A DNA stretch of 11,664 nucleotides from NCBI GenBank assembly GCA_046758365.1, contig JBHIAC010000108.1, forward strand, positions 1-11,664, written 5' to 3'. Positions 1 to 8,500 of this stretch are shown in pieces. The notes under the pieces were generated by a model. It did no database searches. It was not told the origin of the DNA and saw only the letters and a program-made list of their open reading frames with translations. The position numbers and the translations under genes were made by a program. The DNA comes from a bacterium. GTDB lineage: Bacteria > Zhuqueibacterota > Zhuqueibacteria > Oceanimicrobiales > Oceanimicrobiaceae. The first letter of the stretch is position 1. Each line of letters starts with the position of its first letter.

Positions 1-307
1 TTTCTTCGGTGGTCATACCAGCGAGTTCGAGGGTTTGCTCCATGGCTGCTTTGGTTTCACCGTTGGCCCCGTTGAGCGTCATGCCCAGCGCCATCGAGAC
101 GCTCAGTGGTGAAATGAAAACATTTTTGTCCTTTTCCTCTTTAATGATTTCTTTGAAAAGCTTGAAGCCAAATTTATTATCCGACTCGACCAGACTTTTT
201 TCAAGGGACGTTAATTCACGAGAAACAGGTGCCGTGGGATTGTGTTCGCATTGCATAAAAACTAAGCAGAGCGCCAGTACGAAGGTGAAACTAAAATTCT
301 TTATCAT
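1..307 (-). CDS. Lipoprotein serpin B (serine protease inhibitor, MEROPS I4-like); N-terminal 102 codons only, runs off the left edge
   Basis: Absent from the ORF track; translated by hand from ATG at 307-305: MIKNFSFTFVLALCLVFMQCEHNPTAPVSRELTSLEKSLVESDNKFGFKLFKEIIKEEKDKNVFISPLSVSMALGMTLNGANGETKAAMEQTLELAGMTTEE. It carries the serpin NVFISPLS and GAxGET motifs, has SD AAGGAGG at 323-317, and is 69/84 identical to serpin A from the QC onward (hand count). Confidence 0.95.
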   Translation of the reverse strand, partial: MIKNFSFTFVLALCLVFMQCEHNPTAPVSRELTSLEKSLVESDNKFGFKLFKEIIKEEKDKNVFISPLSVSMALGMTLNGANGETKAAMEQTLELAGMTTEE

Positions 308-315
308 CTTGTACA

Positions 316-323
316 ACCTCCTT
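316..323 (-). promoter_or_regulatory. Shine-Dalgarno site for serpin B
   Basis: AAGGAGGT on the minus strand, 8 nt upstream of the ATG at 307. Confidence 0.85.
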
Positions 324-488
324 TAAAATTATTTTTAGGGTCTGTCTGTTTTTTCTGTAAAATTTAATAGGTCCGACACTCCATTATTTCAACTTTTTGG
401 AAATGCTGAAAGTTTTTGATTATTAACATTAAAACTCTTTTATTAACTGCTTTAGTCTATAATATTACAGTAATTATTTGAGTTTAAT

Positions 489-2843
489 CTATTTGACCTT
501 TGCCATTTTTTTCACTTGTACAGAACGTTCTGTTGATAATTTATAGAAATAAATACCACTCGCTGCCTCTCTACCAAAAGAATTCTTCCCATCCCATTCT
601 GTAAAATGGTATCCAGCAGACTTGAAGCCATTGACCAACACTTTTACCTCTCTTCCAAGAATATCAAAAATAGCAATTTTTATGTGAGATGCTCTTGAAA
701 GAAAATATTGAATAGTCGTTTCTGGATTAAATGGATTGGGATAATTTTGAAACAGGATGAATTCTTCAGGAATTACAGTATAGTCCTTGCCTGGTTCATG
801 GACTTTATAAGCTATGTTATCAAGACTAACGACAAGATTTTTGCCAATGGCAAAGTATTGACCCAAGTTTGTGTTGTTCTTTAGTAAGTCAAAATATTCA
901 TTGCTTGAAAATTCCACATCAAAAATAGTTACATTGCCATTGAATTCGGAATCTACCCAGAAGCTATCACGCATAAAGAAAGTTTTGTTCCCGACATAGC
1001 GGACATATTTAGACATCACTTCCGCTGGATTGACAGCTCCTCTATAATTTCCAATACTTCTAGCATCTGAAACCGCGCTTTCACCTGTTTGATTGCTTAA
1101 ATTACTAAAATTGTCTCCTGAAGGATTGTCTTCTAAAATTAGAAAGGAAGTGTATGGAGTAATGATACCGTATCGCTTGCCCAGAGCAACAATTTCATCT
1201 ATGAGTTCTTGAGTTTCTCCATTGAGTCGTATTTCATTTAAGAGGTATCCCACTTTACGCGTAGCCCATAAGCGGGGGATAAACTCGTTGTCTAAATTCT
1301 CCGCTGGAAATTCTGTGTTATGCTGGAAGCTCTGCACCGTGCCATTGACGTCTCCCGATAACGTAATGGTTGTATTTCCGCTGTTGCTGTATCTGCCAAA
1401 CTCGATTAATTGCGAGCCTTTAAAGAGGTCAGGCAGTTCTTTTGGGAAATAGTCGTGTACGGCTATGTTTTCATAATCTAAAGAAATATTAGTTAGCACC
1501 GGATTGCTTATCTTATTAAAGAAAGAAGATACCGCCACCTCAATATTTTCATCAGGCCTGACATACGTGGAAACTCCGTGATTGTCTAGTGAGAGGTTAT
1601 CTAAAAGATGGGTATTGACATCAAACCCAACACCAAAGACGAACAGACGAGCCTTGTAAGTATTGGCGTTCTTGACATTTTGCCGAATTGTTTCATTATC
1701 TGTCTCGCCTACCGTTGGTTGCCCGTCCGTTAGAAAAATAATCATATTTGAAAAGCTATCTTGTTTTAATTCGCTTAGAGCAGTAAGCAAAGCATCATTA
1801 ATGTTCGTACCTCCTGATGCAGTAAATCTGTCGATGTAACTCAAAGCTTCTTGAATGTTAGTTGAATTTGCTGCGACAGGATTTGTTTTAAACTGACGTA
1901 CATCGCTGCTGAAATCAATCATGTTAAATAAATCATCGGTATTTAAATTATTGACACAAAATCGTAGTGCCTCTTTGGCTTGCAGAATTTTTTCACCTGA
2001 CATACTACCCGAACGATCTAAAACAAAAAGCATCCGTTTTTTGACTACCTCTGTTTCCTCGATTTCAAGTTTAGGTGCTGCCATAAAAATGTAAAACCCA
2101 TCCTCGCCAGAATCATTGTAGGCCATGACATTCATTCCAATGTCATCTGAAGAAACCGTGTAATAAAGAATGAAATCTCTATCCGGTTTGACATTTTCCT
2201 CCGTGTAAGTAATTGTCGCATTGTAATCATCACTCTTTTGAACAACAATAGGATGAGAGGGGGAATAAATGGTTTTTATCGGATTGGATGAGGCCAGAGT
2301 AACGTTAACGGAAACATCTTCCAATGGCTTAGAAGAAAATTTCTCCGTGCTCAATGGGTAGAGATAACGGTAGATATCAGAATCGTAGTTTAGAAGTTCA
2401 GAGTATGAAATCTTAATCCTTTTTTCTCCTTTTGCTAAAATCGGGTAAACCCGTGCTTGGAATAACCCTCTTCCGACATATTCTAACAGCGCTGGATCAA
2501 GATTCCTGCGCACAATGCTTTCATAAATTACTCGTGCTGAATCGGCATCATAGATCTTTGCGGTCAATTCTTCCCCATCAACGAACATAGAGAAACTTGA
2601 GAATGAGGCATCTTTAGGTAATGGGAAAATATAAATTCCCTCTACGCTGTCTATATCTGTGTCATTCAAAAAGACTTGATCAATCTCTGTATGAACAATT
2701 TGATCATTGATGTCTACAGTAACGTGATGATATTTAACGGAAATATTTACCCCCGGTGGTGGAATAATAATTCCATCGGCAAAAGCCATTGCTGTAAAGG
2801 TCAGTGTTGCTAATACCAAATAAGTAAAGCGTTGCTTTTTCAT
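489..2843 (-). CDS. Secreted VIT + von Willebrand A protein (ITIH-like) with C-terminal FlgD-Ig/T9SS-type sorting domain, 784 aa
   Basis: Signal peptide ending AFA-D. VIT motifs (EGIYIFPLP, FSMFVDG, ARVIYESIVRRNLDPALLE, FQARVYPI). vWA domain with an intact MIDAS (DRSGS, GGT, LTDG). Post-vWA motifs LPDLFKGSQL and RLWA...ITPYTSFLILE. C-terminal QNYPNPFNPETTI...WDGKN...SGIYFY...KKM. SD AGGGAG upstream. Confidence 0.92.
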   Translation of the reverse strand: MKKQRFTYLVLATLTFTAMAFADGIIIPPPGVNISVKYHHVTVDINDQIVHTEIDQVFLNDTDIDSVEGIYIFPLPKDASFSSFSMFVDGEELTAKIYDADSARVIYESIVRRNLDPALLEYVGRGLFQARVYPILAKGEKRIKISYSELLNYDSDIYRYLYPLSTEKFSSKPLEDVSVNVTLASSNPIKTIYSPSHPIVVQKSDDYNATITYTEENVKPDRDFILYYTVSSDDIGMNVMAYNDSGEDGFYIFMAAPKLEIEETEVVKKRMLFVLDRSGSMSGEKILQAKEALRFCVNNLNTDDLFNMIDFSSDVRQFKTNPVAANSTNIQEALSYIDRFTASGGTNINDALLTALSELKQDSFSNMIIFLTDGQPTVGETDNETIRQNVKNANTYKARLFVFGVGFDVNTHLLDNLSLDNHGVSTYVRPDENIEVAVSSFFNKISNPVLTNISLDYENIAVHDYFPKELPDLFKGSQLIEFGRYSNSGNTTITLSGDVNGTVQSFQHNTEFPAENLDNEFIPRLWATRKVGYLLNEIRLNGETQELIDEIVALGKRYGIITPYTSFLILEDNPSGDNFSNLSNQTGESAVSDARSIGNYRGAVNPAEVMSKYVRYVGNKTFFMRDSFWVDSEFNGNVTIFDVEFSSNEYFDLLKNNTNLGQYFAIGKNLVVSLDNIAYKVHEPGKDYTVIPEEFILFQNYPNPFNPETTIQYFLSRASHIKIAIFDILGREVKVLVNGFKSAGYHFTEWDGKNSFGREAASGIYFYKLSTERSVQVKKMAKVK

Positions 2844-2901
2844 TTTTTACTCCCTAAAGTTTAAATAAAATAGATTTAAAATTCATGTGTTATTCCTATT
2901 T

Positions 2902-4128
2902 TTACTCAAAATATGGTTCTACAATTTTCCCTATAAAAAGGAGAGTTTGTGAATGATTTTCTCGAATCACAAAAATAAATGGTCGATCGACACGCATGAA
3001 TCTTATCCCGCTGGAACCATTAGCAGACTTGATTATGGCCACAATCGTAACGGCAGCGGCTTCCGTACCTTCCTCGTTGACCTCGACAAATGTTTTATGC
3101 TTGACATAATCGATCCATAAACCACCTCGTTTATACATTCTGGTAAAATCAGCCTGGGGGGTAAACGCAATGCCCATCCCCAACGCTGCTAAAATATCAT
3201 TCAGCTTAATCTCATATTCAAGTTCAAATTTAGGAAGTTCCAGAGTTACAGAGTCTTTGGAAAAACTACTTAACCAACTATTCCAATTTGTCTCATCAAA
3301 TTCTGCAATCAGAGAATCAATACTTTTTGTTGGTTTCGGCAGAAAAATGGTCATGCGGAAATCTTCGCCTCCATAGGGCAAATCAATGGCCTGAAAATCG
3401 TCATTTTCTAAGTAATTAAACTCACCTGTTTGTACCATCATTTGGCATGCTTTATAAGAACCATCTGGCAAAGTAAAGAAATCATCTTGTGTCATTTCCT
3501 TATCAAATTCATATTTCCAGGTACCGTAAAAATAAATAGCATTAATCAGAAACATCACTGTATTCGGGTCAATTGGGTTTTCGAGGATTTTTTCTATTTT
3601 GCCATTTGTATTATCCTTCACCCATCCATTAATGATATTCACAGAGTTTGGATCGTTAAAATCTAATCCTTGCACCAGGGCATCAAAAAATGTTTTGTTG
3701 AGATTTATGAACTCCTCTTCAAAAGTCATCTCCTGTCGGTACCAGATGGAATTAGCGATTTGAAAGACAACTTTGGGATCGAGCTGTGTAAGTAGTTCTA
3801 TAAGGCTTTGGTAGGATTGATTAATTTCTTCTGTGGTCAGGCCGACCAGTTCAAGGGTTTGCTCCATGGCTGCTTTGGTCTCCCCATTAGCACCATTCAA
3901 GGTCATCCCTAATGCCATAGAAACACTTAACGGTGAAATGAAAATATTTGTATCTGGTTCAGCTTTAACGATCTCCTTGAAAAGCTTAAAACCAAATTTG
4001 TTATCCGATTCGACCAGGCGCTTTTCGAGTCCGGTTAAATCGCGCACGTCAGACGAAACAGGGTTGTGTTCGCATTGGGTCAAAATGATGCCTACACAAA
4101 TTAACAGAATGAAATGGATTATTTTCAA
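2902..4128 (-). CDS. Lipoprotein serpin A, full length and probably inhibitory, 408 aa
   Basis: NIFISPLS, INGWVKDNTNGKI, NAIYFYGTW, LPKFELEY, hinge EEGTEAAAVT and C-terminal signature VDRPFIFVIRE...LFIGKI. TTG start with SD GAGGAGGT at 4143-4136. Hydrophobic leader ending in Cys19 (LTQ-C). Confidence 0.96.
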   Translation of the reverse strand: MKIIHFILLICVGIILTQCEHNPVSSDVRDLTGLEKRLVESDNKFGFKLFKEIVKAEPDTNIFISPLSVSMALGMTLNGANGETKAAMEQTLELVGLTTEEINQSYQSLIELLTQLDPKVVFQIANSIWYRQEMTFEEEFINLNKTFFDALVQGLDFNDPNSVNIINGWVKDNTNGKIEKILENPIDPNTVMFLINAIYFYGTWKYEFDKEMTQDDFFTLPDGSYKACQMMVQTGEFNYLENDDFQAIDLPYGGEDFRMTIFLPKPTKSIDSLIAEFDETNWNSWLSSFSKDSVTLELPKFELEYEIKLNDILAALGMGIAFTPQADFTRMYKRGGLWIDYVKHKTFVEVNEEGTEAAAVTIVAIIKSANGSSGIRFMRVDRPFIFVIRENHSQTLLFIGKIVEPYFE

Positions 4129-4135
4129 TTTAATT

Positions 4136-4143
4136 ACCTCCTC
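4136..4143 (-). promoter_or_regulatory. Shine-Dalgarno site for serpin A
   Basis: GAGGAGGT 7 nt upstream of the TTG at 4128, which supports the non-ATG start. Confidence 0.8.
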
Positions 4144-4165
4144 ATAGGTTAATCTTGAAGATTCA

Positions 4166-4669
4166 TTAATCAGTACGTTCTATCGGTTGACTTGAAGCCC
4201 TTAATAATTTCTTATCATTCTGTCCATAGGCAACAAGAACAATGACATCTACGAAAACTCCAGGCCCCCATTTAGGACCATTTCGAGCAATTCGTACTAT
4301 TCGGTTAGGCTTCTGCAAATCAGATGCAATTGGTTCGTCACTAAACCAGGACTTCCAAACTGCCCCCCGATACACAATATAGATAGCATCGGCAGAAATA
4401 GAAGCTGGTAGTTGCGTGGAATCAGTTGATTCAATATAAATAATGGCAATAAGTGGTCTCCCATCCGGTGGACTAATTGGCTGGAAGTCACGCCACAATG
4501 AAGTGAACAAAAACAATTTTCTACCTTCAACAAAGATTGTATCTGGTGTGGATAGTAATTCCTCAATAGCAATACGAGGCGGAGTCGAAATGGGATTTAA
4601 GCATCCAACTGCACTAAAAGATAATATAAATGTTGATGTCAAAATAATTGCAACTTTCAGCATTTCCAT
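4166..4669 (-). CDS. Lipoprotein of unknown function, 167 aa
   Basis: Lipobox AVG-C23. Beta-rich mature part with motif-like LWRDFQP and RNGPKWGPG. Tightly spaced between co-oriented neighbours. The start could be 4669 or 4663. Confidence 0.8.
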   Translation of the reverse strand: MEMLKVAIILTSTFILSFSAVGCLNPISTPPRIAIEELLSTPDTIFVEGRKLFLFTSLWRDFQPISPPDGRPLIAIIYIESTDSTQLPASISADAIYIVYRGAVWKSWFSDEPIASDLQKPNRIVRIARNGPKWGPGVFVDVIVLVAYGQNDKKLLRASSQPIERTD

Positions 4670-4699
4670 TCTATTCTTAAAAACCTAATTTCTTTTAAG

Positions 4700-5317
4700 C
4701 TAAAATGAATAGGCCAGCCCAACTTTAAAGGCCCACCGATTCTTTGGAAAGTTAAATTCATCTTTGCCTAACTGCATGGCTTGTTGCACTTCAACAACAA
4801 CCTGCAATGATTTATTGAGATTTACACCTGCATTGATACCAATTTCGGCATAATTTAACTCCATGCGAGAGTCGTGTCCGATATCTCCTTTAAAAGCAGT
4901 GCCTCCCACATAGTTCTTTCCCACAAAGTGATGTGAAAATCCCGCAAAGAATTCAAGTTGTACGGGCAAATCTTTTCGATTAGCTCCTGGCATAAAACCA
5001 AGACGACTCCCAAGTATGAAACTATTGTAAGAATACGTTCTGAAGTCAGCAATTGGAAAAGCCTTATCCACGCCATCGTCCCAATAGCCCAGATATACTG
5101 CCCAACGGAGCAGGTTTGAAGAAACGAGCGAGCCACCGATTTGCAATTCTGGATATATTGAATATGTGGAATTGAATCGACCGTAATCTTCTGGGTAGAG
5201 ATTTTTAATAAGACCGGTTTTTATGGTAATAGTTGACAATTTTGGTTGAGAAAACGACTGTGTGGTGATGACTAATAAAATAGTCAACATTATTTTAGTT
5301 AAGAATAGCTTGTTCAT
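4700..5317 (-). CDS. Small outer-membrane beta-barrel protein (OmpA/OmpW-size), 205 aa
   Basis: Signal peptide ending SFS-Q, alternating hydrophobic/polar strands (YAEIGINAGVNL, VVVEVQQ), and a C-terminal beta-signal FKVGLAYSF ending in Phe. Confidence 0.75.
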   Translation of the reverse strand: MNKLFLTKIMLTILLVITTQSFSQPKLSTITIKTGLIKNLYPEDYGRFNSTYSIYPELQIGGSLVSSNLLRWAVYLGYWDDGVDKAFPIADFRTYSYNSFILGSRLGFMPGANRKDLPVQLEFFAGFSHHFVGKNYVGGTAFKGDIGHDSRMELNYAEIGINAGVNLNKSLQVVVEVQQAMQLGKDEFNFPKNRWAFKVGLAYSF

Positions 5318-5461
5318 GTTTATGAATATTTTGCTGAGTGCGCCTGCTCTGTAAAAAGTGCTGTCGACTCATTAAACACACAAAGTCAGTTTGTTAAACA
5401 TTAGATTAACGAATAGGGTGTAAAAGCTGTTAACTTCCTACAATCCTTTCCAATCAGGCTC

Positions 5462-5498
5462 AAAAATTTGACCGTCATCTCCGAGATGACAGTCAAAT
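5462..5498 (-). terminator. Intrinsic terminator after the 1026-aa gene
   Basis: Minus strand reads ATTTGACTGTCATCT-CGG-AGATGACGGTCAAAT-TTTT. This is a 15-bp stem with one G-U pair, followed by a U run, starting 4 nt after the stop codon. Confidence 0.85.
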
Positions 5499-5502
5499 GG
5501 GG

Positions 5503-8500
5503 TTATTTCAACAAAGTCATTTTATTGACAGCTACTCTTATTCCGTTTGCTTGCAATTGATAAAAATAGACGCCACTGGGCATGGATTGGCCAAACTGGT
5601 TGCGTCCATCCCAAGTGAGGTGATGCACACCACCTCCTAATACGCCATCAAAAAGTTGTGCTATTTCCTGGCCGAGCAGATTAAAGATACGCAACTGCAC
5701 ACGCATCTCCGAAGGTAAACCAAAAGAAATGCGTGTTTCAGGATTAAAAGGATTTGGGTAATTACCGTAAAGTTCGATGGATTTAGGTAGTGTAGAATTC
5801 GAACGATTTTTTACACCAGTCACGGTTTCTGAATCAAGAATAAAGTTTACTTCAACATTGCCAATGCCAACCTTGATAGGATCGGCTTCTGAAAAACTGT
5901 TTGCACTGTTATTATATCTGCTGTGATAACCCACCAGACTAGCTTTTAGACGATACATACCCGGCGGTACGTTTCGCAACTCATAGATGCCTTCAGCATT
6001 GCTACGGGCAAATGAAATAGGCTGCTCTGCGTCATTCAAAAGATAAATGGTAGCACCGCGGAGTGCGTTGTCATTATTATCTGCAACTTTACCAAACAGG
6101 ATGGCGCCATTTTGTGGTCCTGTCGCCAGTTCCCTTTCAAGTATTAACATCGGCATTAGGCTAAAATCAATGCCCGTGGTGGGATAGATGCCGTCAACTT
6201 TAACTAACGTTGCCTCTGACGGATCAAATACGTTATCATAATATTCGCCAATATACCCGGGCGCAAAGCTCATCACATAATATTCGCCAGTGGGAAGTCC
6301 ACTGATTTGGTAAGTGCCATCGGGATTGGTGACCGCATTAAAGAACATTTCTGAGTCGGGCCAAACCAAAGGCATAATTGCCGGTCGTGCAATGACCACA
6401 GCAATTTCAAGCAGCTCCTTATTCCACTCACCAGTCACTTTACCTGAAATGATACCCGTACCTTCATTCCGGGGTGTGAGGCCGAAATTTACCGCAGTAG
6501 TAGCCCCACCAATCACCTCAACTGGGGTGGCCTGCTCTGGTACCACAGCATTTTCAAAATATTCAAAGGCGCCGTTGGCGTAAACCGAAACGATATATTT
6601 GCCCTCTGGTAACCATTCCAATTGGTAATTGCCGTTTTCATTTGTAATGGCATAGTAGGACCAGAATGTGATAGGTGCCTTGTCATAATATTTGTAACCA
6701 ACCGGTGAGATTTCGACATACGCTCGGGGGATGGGCACTCCCTTTATTTCATCAGTTACAGAGCCAGCCACCGCTCCGTAATATGGCCTTATCGTCAGCT
6801 CAAAATTTATGTCATCTCGTATGTCCCCATCAACTAAATGAATCGGTGTAGCATCAGCTAAGCTTTCGGCATGGTCGTACCATTGTTGACCAAAACTAAG
6901 GTTTTGCCAGTATTGCGCATGGGCAAAGTAGGTGCCAGCCGGCAAGGTGTCGATTTGAAAATACCCGTTGCTGTCACTGTTAGCGTAGGCCAATACATCA
7001 CGCCTGGCAGGGTCAGTACTTGGATCGACTGAACTAACCTGAATGGCGGCGTATTCAAGAGGAGTGCCATTAATTGAAACAACCTTTCCTGCGATAATGG
7101 CTGTACCGGTAGTTATTGGCAGTTTAAAGTCTATAGGCTGGAGGTCCGTATTCCCATCGACTTCTACGGGTTCTGCCTCATCGGGTGATTCGGCATCAGG
7201 CCACCAGCGCTGGACAAATTGCCAACCACTCTGGGCTGATGCCGAAACCAGATAACGGCCATTCGGTAAATTCTCGATGCGATAGTTCCCCTGTTTATCA
7301 GTAAATGCATAGGCCCATACTTCAACTCGACCAAAGGGATCATTGAAGGGCGCTTGTGCCTGGACAAACGCACCTGCGATTGGCTGACCCTCTAAGTCAG
7401 TTACCTTACCAAAAATCTCCCCAAAAACTATTGGAAGCGAAAGTTGAAAGTCGATTCCAGTGGTTTCTTCGCCAGCTTCTACAAGTACAGGTGTAGCTTG
7501 ATCTGGTGAAGGTGCATTGTCGTACCATTCACTTATGTGGGACCATTGGTTCCATGCTTGTGCGAGCACAAAATAACTGCCAGTTTGCAAGCCGCCTATG
7601 TGATACTCACCTTTTTCATCAGTTAAGGCGAAGCCCCAATAGTCAAAATAGAATGAATCTGGTGATGTTGGATCTGAACCCTGCATTTCCGTCATCGCCT
7701 GCACAAAGGCCCCAGCGATGGGTACGCCGTCGTCATTGATTACAACACCAGAAATTATACCTCCGAGGGTCAAAGTAAAATTGATGTCGCTGGTTTCATT
7801 GGGTTCATCGACTTCTATGAGAGTAGCATCCTCAATGGTTTCGGCATTATCAAAAAATTCGGTTAAAAAACCATCTGCCCAACAACTTGCATAATACTCC
7901 CCACTTTTTAAACCAGTGATTTTATAGCTGCCATCCTCCGAAGTTTCCGCCCAGCCATAGAGAAATGGATTGTCTGGAGAAAAGACACTAACAAATGCGT
8001 GGGCGATGGGTACTTCGTCGCTCTCGCTCAAAACAACACCAGATACACCTGCCGACCCCGGAAGCATTTTTTCCATATAAAAATCAATATCTTCAGTCAC
8101 CGCATCTTTGGTGACCATCACCAAGGTCGCTTCGTTGAAGTTTAAAACATTGTCATAAAATTTGGGTATATATCCTTCAGCCACTGCGAGGACATAATAA
8201 TCACCAGCAGCAAGATTATCAATAAGATAAGCGCCACTGGGTTCTACAACAGCGAAACCAGTGCCAGTAGAGCCCGTGGTAGAGTCGGCAGTCCAGGCCA
8301 CCACTACGGCTGTTCTAATGTCATCCTCTACAATACCAAACAAAGTACCAGCAATGGCACCTCCATCATCGGCTGTGACCTTTGTGTCAACCGCCTGGGG
8401 AACTGCTATAAAATTTTTATAAGATAAGGGTGGCTGCTTTTGCAAGGATCGTAATAAATTGATTGAACGAAGAATTTGTTCTTTCTTGAAGGTTTGTTGG

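Noticed and set aside
9..326. Plus-strand 105-aa ORF that resembles the plus-strand 104-aa ORF at 3833..4147, suggesting a small duplicated gene family
   Set aside because: Both are antisense shadows of the two serpin N-termini. Their similarity simply mirrors the serpin duplication.
386..420. Weak inverted repeat or ECF-like promoter upstream of serpin B
   Set aside because: The AT-rich match is too degenerate to distinguish from background.
1222..1452. Short plus-strand ORFs (also 3170..3376, 3430..3666, 4443..4688, 6314..6583, 7043..7255, 7506..7739, 11159..11392)
   Set aside because: All lie antisense to well-supported genes and show no recognisable motifs.
4297..4572. Short alternative-frame minus-strand ORFs (also 4855..5136, 6513..6719, 6858..7082, 7164..7373)
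   Set aside because: They are nested out of frame within longer genes that have clear domain or signal-peptide evidence.
5830..8361. Calling the 1026-aa protein a carboxypeptidase or TonB-dependent receptor
   Set aside because: Only the non-catalytic beta-sandwich repeats are present, with no zinc-binding catalytic domain, plug or barrel.
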